Shown here one piece after another: positions 39,948 through 49,871 of a stretch of DNA of 64,000 bases. The position numbers and the translations under genes were made by a program. This DNA is from Candidatus Hydrogenedentota bacterium (GTDB taxonomy: Bacteria > Hydrogenedentota > Hydrogenedentia > Hydrogenedentales > SLHB01), in assembly GCA_963745075.1 (NCBI GenBank), contig CAVUWV010000021.1, forward strand, positions 32,001 through 96,000. The letters are read 5' to 3'. Every line of letters starts with the position of its first letter. Positions within the stretch are counted from its first letter, which is position 1. Under the pieces are notes generated by a model. That model saw only the letters and a list, made by a program, of their open reading frames with translations, was not told the origin of the DNA and did no database searches.

Positions 39948-40778
39948 ATGCGTACGTTGAAACAACTTTTTGACAACAACGAAGCCTGGGCGGCACGCAT
40001 GCTGAAACGGGATCCCCAGTTCTTCGATCGACTTTCCCGGCAACAGTCGCCCGAGTATCTCTGGATTGGTTGTTCCGACAGCCGGGTTCCGGCCAACGAG
40101 ATCGTGGGGTTATTGCCGGGGGAATTGTTCGTGCATCGCAACGTGGCGAATCTCGTCAATCACATCGATCTCAATTGTCTGTCCGTGTTGCAGTATGCCG
40201 TGGAGGCGTTGCGGGTGCGGCACATCATCGTTTGCGGCCACTACGGGTGCGGCGGCGTGCAGGCCGCCGTACGCAACGACAAACTCGGACTTATTGACAA
40301 CTGGCTGCGCCGGGTGCAGGAAGTGCGACGCAAACACGACGAGGTACTGGACGGACTCGTCGACGAATCCCAGTTGCTGAACCGGATGTGCGAACTCAAT
40401 GTCATCGAACAGGTCTATAACGTGAGCCGCACAACGGTCGTCGAAGACGCATGGTGGCACGGGCAGTCCTTGACGATTCACGGCTGGATTTACAGCCTTA
40501 AGGATGGTCTGCTCCACGACTTAGGGATGTGTGTCAGCCGGAAGGAAGAAGTGGCGGAAAGCTACCTGGCTGCCGTGACCGCACTGAAGGCAGCGAACGG
40601 CAGGACGCCGCGCCCCCAATCGATCCAAATTGGAACACCTCCGAAAGCACCGCGACCCGAAACGCCGAACCAATCCCGGGAGACCGAACCACCGGCGTCG
40701 CGTACCGCCCAAGCAGCGCCGGCGCCACGCACGCAAGAGAGATCCGGCGGACCGCCACCACTCCCCCCCTTGAAGTAG
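39948..40778 (+). CDS. can: Beta-class carbonic anhydrase with Pro-rich tail
   Basis: WIGCSDSRVPAN, FVHRNVAN and GHYGCGGV motifs. Confidence 0.93.
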   Translation: MRTLKQLFDNNEAWAARMLKRDPQFFDRLSRQQSPEYLWIGCSDSRVPANEIVGLLPGELFVHRNVANLVNHIDLNCLSVLQYAVEALRVRHIIVCGHYGCGGVQAAVRNDKLGLIDNWLRRVQEVRRKHDEVLDGLVDESQLLNRMCELNVIEQVYNVSRTTVVEDAWWHGQSLTIHGWIYSLKDGLLHDLGMCVSRKEEVAESYLAAVTALKAANGRTPRPQSIQIGTPPKAPRPETPNQSRETEPPASRTAQAAPAPRTQERSGGPPPLPPLK

Positions 40779-40813
40779 TCCTTTCCGAGCGTTCTTGCGA
40801 CGCGAAAAACCCA

Positions 40814-40842
40814 ATTTGATGTTCGATTTGATGTTCGATTTG
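40814..40842. repeat. 12-bp tandem direct repeat
   Basis: ATTTGATGTTCG x2 plus ATTTG. Confidence 0.7.
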
Positions 40843-41024
40843 GGTGCGCAACAAAACCATGGTATGATAGAGGCCGGTTCGTTTCGGTTACTCCCGCCTC
40901 CTCCGGGTTTTTGCGGAGCATTGTGCCATGACCACGCAGACCGATGCAGGGTGGTCGTGCGTCCGACGGAACCGGCAAGACGTTGTAAACCAACCAGAAT
41001 CAACCCATAAGGGAACGCGAAGTC

Positions 41025-43079
41025 ATGGGTGTATCTACACCTCGCACCGATCCTGACCGCGGCGTGTCCCGGATATTTGACCGGTTTTGGCAATCCGAGA
41101 CCGCAGTCATGATGACGTTCGCGGTTATCGTCGGCGTCGGCACCGGCTGTGGGACCATTGCCTTTATCTGGATGATCGAGTTTTTTGACAAGCTCTTCTT
41201 CGGGACCGGTGGTGAGTATCTCGGATTTCTCGGAAGCTATTATGTGATCCTGCTGCCGGCCATTGGGGGATTCTTAATCGGGCCGGTAATTTACTACGTC
41301 GCACCGGAGGCGAAAGGTCATGGTGTACCGGAGGTTATGACGGCGATCGCCACGTGCGGCGGACGGATCCGGCCGGTGGTTGTCCTGGCCAAAGCCATTT
41401 GCTCAGCGATCACCATTGGGTCCGGCGGCTCTGTCGGACGCGAAGGTCCTATCGTGCAGATTGGATCTGCCTTAGGATCCACCATCGGGCAGTATTTTAA
41501 GCTCAATGAGCGCCGGATCATCACGCTGGTTGCTGCGGGCGCAGCGGCAGGTATCGCCGCGACCTTCAACGCACCCATCGCCGGGGTCATGTTCGCGTTG
41601 GAAGTAATCCTGGCGGAGTTTGGCGTGCGCGCATTCGGCACGATTGTGATTGCGTCGGTCACGGCCAGCGTCGTCAGCCGGGCGGCGTTGGGCGACAATC
41701 CGGCCTTCGAGGTTCCGCGATCCTTCTATCTCCACAGTCCGTGGGAACTCGTCCTCTACCTCGGCCTTGGGGTTTTAAGTGCAGGAGGATCTTTAGCTTA
41801 TATCAAATGTCTCTATTTCCTGGAGGATCTCTTCGATAACTGGAAATTCCCGGAACCGCTCAAACCGGCCGTCGGCGGCGTGCTTTTGGGGGTTGTCGGC
41901 TTTCTGGTACCGCACTCATTCGGAACGGGATTTACGACGATCGCCGACACCTTGCGCGGAAACGTCATGCTCACATCGTTGCTGGTCCTGTTCGTGGCAA
42001 AACTGCTGGCCACGTCATTTACCCTGGGTTCCGGGGCTTCGGGCGGCGTGTTCGCCCCCGCCTTGTTCATGGGCGCCGTGCTGGGGGGCGCCTACGGTCA
42101 GGTCGCGCATCAGCTCTTCCCCGGAATCACCGAAACGAGTGGCGCCTACGCCATGGTGGGAATGGCGGCCGTCTTCGCCGGTTCGGCCCGCGCGCCGATA
42201 ACGGCCATTATTATCCTGTTCGAGATGACGCAGGACTATCGGATGATCCTGCCGCTCATGTTTGCAACCGTCGTAAGTACCGCGCTTTCTCAGCGTTACG
42301 AGCCGGAGAGTATCTACACCTTGAAGCTGACGCGCCGGGGACTCGACGTTCGCGCGAAGAAGGACGAGAACCTCATGAGCGCGATTCTCGTCGAGGAGGC
42401 CATGACTCCCGCTTCGGAATTGACGACGCTCACCCCGGACACGTCGCTGATGGAACTGGCGTTCTGGTTCCAGGAATCGGGACAGCACGGGTTTGTTGTG
42501 GTAAACGAAGCGGGCGATTTGCACGGAATTGTCACCCTTTCCGACCTCGAGCGCACGATGGCGCGGGACAGCATTCAGGACAAGACCGTGGCAGACATTT
42601 GCGCCACGGACGTAATGATCACGTACCCCGATGAGACCCTGGACGACGCCCTGCGCCACTTTGGGTCCATTCAGGTGGGCCGGCTGCCCGTCGTCGATCG
42701 CCGGGATCAGCACAAGCTCCTCGGGTTGCTCGACCGCGGGGATGTCATTCGCACCTACTCGAATATCCAAGTCGACAAGCAACAGCGCGCCCGCTATATC
42801 GCCCGGCTCCGCCTGGAATCCGCGACCAATTCTCAGCTTGTCGAAATCAACCTCGAACCCGGCTGGTCCGCTGTGGGCCGGCGCCTGAAAGACTTGGCAT
42901 TACCGCCAGATTGCGTCGTCGTCTCGATCCAGCGCGGCCGCCGCACGGTCGTGCCCCGCGGCCATACACTGCTCTATCGTGGCGACCGGGTGGTGGCGCT
43001 GACGAACGGGAATACGGGGACCGATCTCCGCGCAATTCTGCGGGACGGAGTGAAAACGGAAGAATCCCCGACCGCTTAA
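41025..43079 (+). CDS. CLC chloride channel/H+ antiporter with CBS pair and TrkA-C (RCK_C) domain
   Basis: GHGVPE, GREGP, FNAPIAG, GGVFAP and SIY motifs; CBS domains; C-terminal VGRRLKDL...VPRGHTLL. Confidence 0.93.
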   Translation: MGVSTPRTDPDRGVSRIFDRFWQSETAVMMTFAVIVGVGTGCGTIAFIWMIEFFDKLFFGTGGEYLGFLGSYYVILLPAIGGFLIGPVIYYVAPEAKGHGVPEVMTAIATCGGRIRPVVVLAKAICSAITIGSGGSVGREGPIVQIGSALGSTIGQYFKLNERRIITLVAAGAAAGIAATFNAPIAGVMFALEVILAEFGVRAFGTIVIASVTASVVSRAALGDNPAFEVPRSFYLHSPWELVLYLGLGVLSAGGSLAYIKCLYFLEDLFDNWKFPEPLKPAVGGVLLGVVGFLVPHSFGTGFTTIADTLRGNVMLTSLLVLFVAKLLATSFTLGSGASGGVFAPALFMGAVLGGAYGQVAHQLFPGITETSGAYAMVGMAAVFAGSARAPITAIIILFEMTQDYRMILPLMFATVVSTALSQRYEPESIYTLKLTRRGLDVRAKKDENLMSAILVEEAMTPASELTTLTPDTSLMELAFWFQESGQHGFVVVNEAGDLHGIVTLSDLERTMARDSIQDKTVADICATDVMITYPDETLDDALRHFGSIQVGRLPVVDRRDQHKLLGLLDRGDVIRTYSNIQVDKQQRARYIARLRLESATNSQLVEINLEPGWSAVGRRLKDLALPPDCVVVSIQRGRRTVVPRGHTLLYRGDRVVALTNGNTGTDLRAILRDGVKTEESPTA

Positions 43080-43243
43080 AGCGTGTTTCAAGAGTGGTCG
43101 TCGCGCGATTTAACAGACGTGCGGTGAATGTAGCGCAGGCGTCCCCGACTGCAAATCCTGAGACAGAATCCTAAAGAATGCAGGCGGGGACGCCTGCGCT
43201 ACATTCACCGCACCCCGCCGATATCCCACTCTTGAAACACGCT
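43080..43243. mobile_element. MITE-like element carrying a GTAG REP doublet
   Basis: 18-bp perfect IR AGCGTGTTTCAAGAGTGG/CCACTCTTGAAACACGCT enclosing the same REP as at 11242. Confidence 0.7.
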
Positions 43244-43366
43244 CGAAGTCCGCCTCGCTTGTTCCCGGTCAAGACCGCAGTCCCCTGTTACCTTTCAGGC
43301 ATCAACGGTGTATAACGATACAGATGAGCGGCCCGATGGGACGAGAAGCCGCTTGAATGAGGTATC

Positions 43367-44044
43367 GTGGCGTACGCGATGTTCAGGCAAATCGACGCAG
43401 CGAGGTCCCGGCGGCGCCCCGTGGATGCCCAAACGCCGAATGAACCCGTCTTACGACCGCTCCCCGATACCGGGGAAGAGGAGCCGTGTCCGGACGAGGA
43501 GTGGGTGCGGCGGATTCAACACGGTGAACGATCGGCATTCAATGGGATCGTACGCCGGTACGGGCGCGCCATTTACCGCCATTTGTATCGCATCATGCTG
43601 AACCGCGAGGACGCTGAAGACTTGACCCAGGAAGCCTTTATCCGCGCGTATCGGTACGTGGACCGGCTCGACTCGGGCCGCTCGCTGCGATCGTGGCTGT
43701 ATACGATCGCGACGCGTGTGGGACTGAACGCGTTACGTTCGCAGCAGCGCCGGGGCAAGGGCACGAATGTTTCCTACGACGCCCACGTTGCCACTGCCGG
43801 TGAACTCGAGGAGCCGTCGGGGCAGAACGCGCACCGGCAAGCCGAACTTCGGGATGAGATCGAGGCCGTATTGGCAACACTACCGCCGCGGACGGCGTTG
43901 CTTATGCAGTTGCATTACACCGAAGGGTTCGCCATTCGGGAAGCGGCGAATATCATCGGTATGAGTCCCGCAGCAGCCAAGGTGGCCCTGTGCCGCGCGC
44001 GGAAGGAACTGCGGCAACGCTTGTGCGAGGAGGATGAGTCATGA
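43367..44044 (+). CDS. ECF sigma factor
   Basis: DAEDLTQEAFIRAY, SWLYTIA and region 4 (EAANIIGMSPAAAKVALCRAR). Start position uncertain. Confidence 0.92.
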   Translation: MAYAMFRQIDAARSRRRPVDAQTPNEPVLRPLPDTGEEEPCPDEEWVRRIQHGERSAFNGIVRRYGRAIYRHLYRIMLNREDAEDLTQEAFIRAYRYVDRLDSGRSLRSWLYTIATRVGLNALRSQQRRGKGTNVSYDAHVATAGELEEPSGQNAHRQAELRDEIEAVLATLPPRTALLMQLHYTEGFAIREAANIIGMSPAAAKVALCRARKELRQRLCEEDES

Positions 44045-44607
44045 ACTGCGCATCCGTCAAAGCGTGGATGCGGGAACGATTCGATCAAGGTCTCGCGTTG
44101 GAAGACGGCTTCGAGCCGCATCTTGAAGGGTGCGAACGCTGCCGAACGTACGTCGCACGCCTTCGGGCGGTGGAGGCGGGACTGTCGGACTTGCCATATG
44201 TGACACCATCCGAAGACTTGGAGACCGTTGTCGTGGCACGGTTGCGGGCGTCTCGTCGAGAAATGGCCCGAGGCTGGATTGCGGGGCCGATCGTCGTGAT
44301 CGCGATCGCCTTTGTGGCACTTGGTTGGCGCCTTCCCCTGGAATCGTACGTGGCGGATGGGCTGACGCAACTCGCGGCCTGGCGGCCGGAACTCCTGTCT
44401 GCCGGAAGCTTGGCCGCTGCGATCTCGGAATGGGGACGTGAAACGTGGACAACCTTCGACCTGGCAGCCTATTTTGCCGGCGCGAAGAGTCCGTGGTTCT
44501 CAGGGGGCAGCATTGCGGTACTTGCGGCGGCCTTGGTTGGCTTCAACGCGTTAGTGCGGCATTTTGGCAGGGGTTCTCGGTCCGACTCACTGCGTCGGGC
44601 AAGGTAA
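44041..44607 (+). CDS. Zinc-binding anti-sigma factor (zf-HC2) with TM helices
   Basis: HLEGCERC motif; overlaps the sigma factor stop codon. Confidence 0.85.
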   Translation: MNCASVKAWMRERFDQGLALEDGFEPHLEGCERCRTYVARLRAVEAGLSDLPYVTPSEDLETVVVARLRASRREMARGWIAGPIVVIAIAFVALGWRLPLESYVADGLTQLAAWRPELLSAGSLAAAISEWGRETWTTFDLAAYFAGAKSPWFSGGSIAVLAAALVGFNALVRHFGRGSRSDSLRRAR

Positions 44608-44630
44608 GTAACACCGGGGAGGATGGGGAT

Positions 44631-45212
44631 ATGCAAAACGTAACGGTCACATTGCTCAATGAAGGGGGTATGGACAAGCTGATCCGGACGTTGGGATTGG
44701 GCGGCGTCTGTATGTTGGTCCTTGCCGCCCTGGCGGTGTTGGTCCTTATCAAGCTGGGGTCGATCCTCGCCGCACTCTGGCTCGACTCCCGCTACCCGGA
44801 ACTGAGCGACGCGATGTTGCAGACCTATCGGAACGACCCCATGCGGTGTTTGGTGGTGGGCCTGGCAAACGTCCTGATGGGCGTACTTCTCGCTATCGTA
44901 TTGTTGAATACGAAAATACTGGCGCTGTTTGGTCTCGCGCTACTGCTGGCGGTGTACGTGATGGGATTTGTCGGGTACACGGTCGGGTACCGCAGCGCGG
45001 GGACAACCATACCGTTGTCATCATGGGGAACGCGCACTGGGGAAATCCTCCTCGGTGGGGTGGTGGCAGAAAGTACCTTCCTCATCCCAATCCTCGGACA
45101 ACTTCTGTCGCTCGTTACCTTACTGCGGGGATTCGGCGCCGTCACGCTTGCTATCATCGCCCGAAAGAAGCCGGCGTCGATGAAGGACAGCACGACAAGC
45201 GAATCGGAATAA
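44631..45212 (+). CDS. Hypothetical multi-TM membrane protein
   Basis: About five hydrophobic segments; GGAGG upstream; follows the anti-sigma gene. Confidence 0.65.
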   Translation: MQNVTVTLLNEGGMDKLIRTLGLGGVCMLVLAALAVLVLIKLGSILAALWLDSRYPELSDAMLQTYRNDPMRCLVVGLANVLMGVLLAIVLLNTKILALFGLALLLAVYVMGFVGYTVGYRSAGTTIPLSSWGTRTGEILLGGVVAESTFLIPILGQLLSLVTLLRGFGAVTLAIIARKKPASMKDSTTSESE

Positions 45213-45388
45213 GGGGAAGCGCACAAGGTCGAGACCGCTTTGACATCCCGCCGTCACCGGTTTGACTTTTCCACCCGCTGAGCGAGATACTTGGACTGAA
45301 TAACCCGCCACGCATCCTCGTCCATAAATACGAGGAAATGCGCGTGGCGATTCCCGTGTCAAATGACGAAAGGTTTAAGGAGGAAATC

Positions 45389-46084
45389 ATGGTGAGACAT
45401 GCAGTTACGCCGCTACGAGTCCTTGCGACGGCGGCTGTGGTGGCGTTGACGTTTATGGCCGGTCCCACGGCGAAGGCCGAGGACGAGGCGCCGCTGAAGA
45501 TCGAGCTTCCCCAGCCGTATTTCGGCGGAACGCCGCTCGACTACTTCGGCGAGAATCTGGAAGAACGCAGCTACAAGCCGCGCGATCCGTATATGGCTCC
45601 CGCAGGCGCGACCAATCTTGCCAAAGGGAAGACGGTTACCAGCAGTGACCCCGATCCGAACTACGGCAAACTTTCGTTCATCACGGACGGCGAGAAGGGC
45701 TATCAGCAGGACTATCTCGTGGAACTTGGCACGGGCGTGCAGTGGGTGCAGATCGATCTCGGTCAGGAATCCGATATCTACGCCGTCGTGGTGTGGCACT
45801 TCCACGCGGCCGAGCGGGTGTACTTTGACGTGGTCGTGAAGACCGCCGACGACGCGGAATTCACCAAGAACGTGCAGACGATCTTCAACAACGACCACGA
45901 CAACTCGTCCGGACTCGGCGTAGGCAAAGACAAGGAATACGTCGAGACCTATGAAGGCCGCCTGATTCCGTGCACGGATAAAAATATCAAGGGCCGCTAC
46001 GTCCGCTTGTACAGCAACGGCAACACCACCGACGAGACCAACCATTACGTCGAAGTAGAAGTTTACGGTCAGCCGGCGAAGTAA
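45389..46084 (+). CDS. Secreted F5/8 type C (discoidin/CBM32-like) domain protein
   Basis: Signal peptide; NLAKGKTVTSS, ITDG, WVQIDLG and GRYVRLY...EVEVYG motifs. Confidence 0.8.
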   Translation: MVRHAVTPLRVLATAAVVALTFMAGPTAKAEDEAPLKIELPQPYFGGTPLDYFGENLEERSYKPRDPYMAPAGATNLAKGKTVTSSDPDPNYGKLSFITDGEKGYQQDYLVELGTGVQWVQIDLGQESDIYAVVVWHFHAAERVYFDVVVKTADDAEFTKNVQTIFNNDHDNSSGLGVGKDKEYVETYEGRLIPCTDKNIKGRYVRLYSNGNTTDETNHYVEVEVYGQPAK

Positions 46085-46153
46085 GTAACCGATGACCCGG
46101 AACGGTGATGCAGTTCAGGACACCTTCCTTCCGGGATTGAAAGGCGGGGCACG

Positions 46154-47759
46154 GTGACCGCACACGCGGAAACTTCCCGCGCCGGCCGGATTGGGCTGGC
46201 ATTGATACTTGTGGCGGCAGCCGGAGCGCTTGCGTTCCGGCTGCCGTTGCTCGATCGGCGGCCCATGCACGGCGACGAAGCCAATCAAGCCGTCAAAGCG
46301 GGCATCCTCCTCGACACCGGGAATTATGCCTACGATCCGGTTGAACACCACGGACCCACGCTCTATTACTTCACCCTTCCCGTGGCATGGCTGTCCGGCG
46401 CAGCCGACTTCGCGGACACGACGGAGTACACGTTCCGACTGGTCCCGGTCATCTTCGGCGTCGGGATCGTGCTTCTGCTGATCCCGTTGCGCCGCACGCT
46501 CGGCGCAGGCCCCGTCGTGTGCGCGGCCATTCTCACCGCCGTTTCGCCGGCGATGGTGTATTACAGCCGCTACTACATCCAGGAGATGCTCCTCGTCTGT
46601 TTCGTCTTCGGGATCATCGTATCGGGTTGGCGGTATCTGGAAACGCGGTCGCTTGGATGGGCCATCGCGGCAGGACTGTTCACCGGGCTCGCCCACGCGT
46701 CGAAGGAAACATGCATCATTGCCTTCGCCGGGATCGCGGGAGCGGGCGTCGCGACGGCGTTGCTCGGTCGGGTGCTGGGATCGGCCGTTTCCGAGGGTGA
46801 GCCGAACGCGGACCAACAAGCGCGCCACTCGGTGTGGCATGTTGTCGCGTTTCTCGATCGCCGCCGTCAGCATATCGATCGTGTTCTATTCATCGTTTTT
46901 CACCCATCCGCACGGTATTGTGGACTCGATATTGACGTATGCGAACTATCTGCACAAAGCCGACACCAACCGCATTCACGAAAAACCCTGGTATTACTAC
47001 CTCGTGCTGCTGACGTATACGCACCGGACTCCCTGGCCGGTATTTAGCGAGGGACTGATTCTCGGACTGGGCCTTCTTGGGATGGTGGCAGCGGTGAGCG
47101 GAATTCGGCGCGGGCTCGACGCGCGTACGCGCCTGCTGGTGTTTCTAACGCTGTACACGATCTTGATGACTGCGGCCTATTCTTTCATTCCGTACAAGAC
47201 ACCGTGGAACGCGATAAACTTCTTGCAACCGTGGATTGTGCTGGCGGGTGCGGGCGCGGTCTGGCTGGTGCGGATCGTGCGGTTTCGTGCGCTCCAGGCA
47301 ATCGTATCGCTGGCGCTCGTCGCGGCAACGATTCAATTGGGCATTCAAGCATATCGTGCGGTGTACGTGTTCCCGGCCGACGTACGGAATCCGTACGTGT
47401 ATGCCCACACTTCGTCGGCGCTTTTGAAACTGGTCCATCGCGTGGATGAGATTGCCGCCGTGAGCCCGGACGACGGCAATCTGTTGATTCGGGTGATTAC
47501 AAACAACGGCGATTACTGGCCGCTGCCGTGGTATCTGCGTAAGTATCCAAACGTGGGGTATTGGAGGTCCATCCCGGAGGAAGCCGACGCCGCGATCATC
47601 CTTGCACCGGCAAGGCTGAAGACCGCGATCGATCCGCACCTCCGTAACGAGTATCAACTCGATACCAAGTCACTCCGCCCGGGTGTACTGTGGGTGATGG
47701 AAATCCGCAAGGACCTCTGGGACAAGTTCATGGAAAACAGGCGGGAGGCTGAAAGTTAG
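46154..47759 (+). CDS. TIGR03663-like GT-C (PMT-like) membrane glycosyltransferase (+1 frameshift near 46855)
   Basis: RPMHGDEA, YDPVEHHGPTLYY, YYSRYYIQE, SKET, YKTPWN and WPLPWYLR motifs. Confidence 0.82.
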
Positions 47760-47768
47760 AGCGGGAAA

Positions 47769-47852
47769 GGACAGCAGAGACACCAAAGACAACAGCGACG
47801 TTTCTCAATCCATTTTCATGGTCCCTGCTGTCTCTGGCGTCCCAGTTGTCCC
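47769..47852. repeat. Inverted pair of 9-nt periodic (GAC-N6) arrays
   Basis: gacagcaga gacaccaaa gacaacagc gac versus gtccctgct gtctctggc gtcccagtt gtccc, between convergent genes. Confidence 0.7.
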
Positions 47853-47875
47853 GGGTAGTACCACCACGCCGGCGA

Positions 47876-48587
47876 CTACTGATATCGCCCCATCGCGTCT
47901 TTGAATCGAATGGTCAGGGCATCCCAGAACATGCGGGCAGAGTCCATCAGTGCATTGACGCTGGTGTGCGGACTGTTTTTCCATCGAATCGGGAGTTGCT
48001 CCACACTCAATTCGTGTTTTTGCGCGATATAGAGCAGTTCGGCGTCGAAGCTGAATCGCGCAATGGTCTGGCGGGGAAAGACGATACCGCAGGCGTGGGC
48101 GGTGAACGCTTTGAATCCGCACTGCGTATCCGGGAAATGGGTTATCCCCAAGATTCGGATGATACGGTTAAACACGCGCCCCATATTCTCGCGATACCAG
48201 GGCTGGTGAATCTGCACATCCGAGCCGGGCATGGAACGGGAACCAATGACGACTTCAGCGCCGTTCCCGAAGATAGGCCATAGTTTGTCGACCTCTTCGA
48301 TAGGTGTCGACGCATCGGCGTCGTAGTATAGGCGCACTTCCCCCTTAGCGGACGTTCATGCCGGTGCGGACCGCGTGGCCCTTACCGCGATTCGCACGGT
48401 AGGAAATCACCTGCGCGTTTGATGCAATGTCGTGGACGACGGACACGGTATCGTCCGTGCTGCCGTCATCCACCACGATGATTTCGGCGTCGAAATCGGC
48501 GTTCGCGAGAAACGCGTTGATGCTTTCCAGCGTAGCGCCGATACGGTCCTCCTCGTTATATGCGGGAATCACAATGGAAAGGCGCAC
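47876..48587 (-). CDS. GT2 polyprenyl-phosphate glycosyltransferase (DPG-synthase-like; +1 frameshift near 48350)
   Basis: SIVIPAYNEE, VDDGSTD, NRGKGHAVRTG, DAD, DTQCGFK and FDAELL motifs. Confidence 0.88.
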
Positions 48588-48654
48588 TACTTCTCCTTTC
48601 CATCATCGCAGACCGGGACGCGCGCTCCATATGTCGGGCGTGGAGCCGGTGCCA

Positions 48655-49674
48655 TCACTCGGAAGCCGGTACGAACCAGATGTTGCGGTAACGAACGGCA
48701 TTGTGATGGTCCTGCAACAGCATCGGTCCCCGCGCGGAGTCGTCGCCGCTCACGCCGCCGGGGGTTGGATTGCTCAGCGCGACATCGTCATGAATCAGCA
48801 CGCCATTATGCACGACCGTAATCCGGGCATCGGCGGTCTTCTTGCCGGACGCATCGAACTGGGCGGCCGTGAAGGTGATGTCGTAGGTCTGCCACGTGAG
48901 CGGAGGAAGACACGCATTCACGAGGGGCACCGCCTCCTTGTAGATGCCGCCGCACAGGTTGTCCGCGGGTTCGAGGCCGAAGCTGTCCAGCACCTGCACT
49001 TCATACCGGCCGAAGACGTAGACGCCGCTGTTGCCACGGCCCTGGCCGCGCTCCGTGGGCATGAAGGGCGTGCGGAATTCTACGTGCCATTTCCCGCTAC
49101 CGAATTCTTCGATCGTCTTGAAATTGCTCGGCGTAACTTCCGTGGCGCCGTCGGAAAGCAGACTCCATTTCAGGGGAATGCGCTCCCATGCATCGAGATT
49201 GGTGCCGTCCATGAGCACCACGGCGCCGGCCGGCGGCGCTTCGCCTAGGGTCGGCGGTTTGATCTCGACGCGTTTCAGCGTGAACGCGACGGATTTCCCC
49301 TTGCTCGTCATCTTGCCGGAAAGGGCGCCGCCTTCGATTTCGCCGGACACGCGGTACGATCCGCCGAAATCTTTGCCAAGATCGACTTCGCCACCAAAGG
49401 GAACCGTCTTGGCGCCCGCGTCAACCCGGGCGGCCTCGACCGCTGCTTTCGCGTCCGGTTTCTTCCAATCGCCAATCAACAGAATTACACGCCAGCGGTC
49501 CGCGCCGTTCATAGGACCCTGCGCGATGATCTGCGCGGAAAGGGTGTAATCTTGCCAGCCCTCGGTCTGGAATGCGCCCTGCCAGACGCCCATGATGCCG
49601 TCGTCATCGTCCGCGAACGCCACGGACCCCACGAGAAACACTGCAAGTGCAAGTAAACAAATGGTTCGCCGCAT
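48655..49674 (-). CDS. DUF1080 (3-keto-disaccharide hydrolase-like) secreted protein
   Basis: GRGNSGVY, YEVQVLDS, WQTYDI and LQDH...VRYRNIW motifs. Confidence 0.88.
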   Translation of the reverse strand: MRRTICLLALAVFLVGSVAFADDDDGIMGVWQGAFQTEGWQDYTLSAQIIAQGPMNGADRWRVILLIGDWKKPDAKAAVEAARVDAGAKTVPFGGEVDLGKDFGGSYRVSGEIEGGALSGKMTSKGKSVAFTLKRVEIKPPTLGEAPPAGAVVLMDGTNLDAWERIPLKWSLLSDGATEVTPSNFKTIEEFGSGKWHVEFRTPFMPTERGQGRGNSGVYVFGRYEVQVLDSFGLEPADNLCGGIYKEAVPLVNACLPPLTWQTYDITFTAAQFDASGKKTADARITVVHNGVLIHDDVALSNPTPGGVSGDDSARGPMLLQDHHNAVRYRNIWFVPASE

Positions 49675-49871
49675 GGGTAGGCTCCTTCGATCGAACCACG
49701 CATCTGTGCGCGTGGCTGGTTGGCAATTCCGAATACAAAAGGACTCGCATTGTAGCAAGAGCGCCCGTGAGGATTCACCCGTGGGATTGCGTGGCTCACA
49801 TTTGCACCTGTCATAAACCGGCGAGAGTCAGTTAGAATTGGTGAACAACGCATTTCGAGGGGGGAGTTCTC

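Noticed and set aside
40860..41024. Fluoride riboswitch upstream of the CLC gene
   Set aside because: No GGCGATG...TCGCC / GCTxATGAC pattern is visible, and the protein has GREGP plus CBS domains rather than CLC-F motifs.
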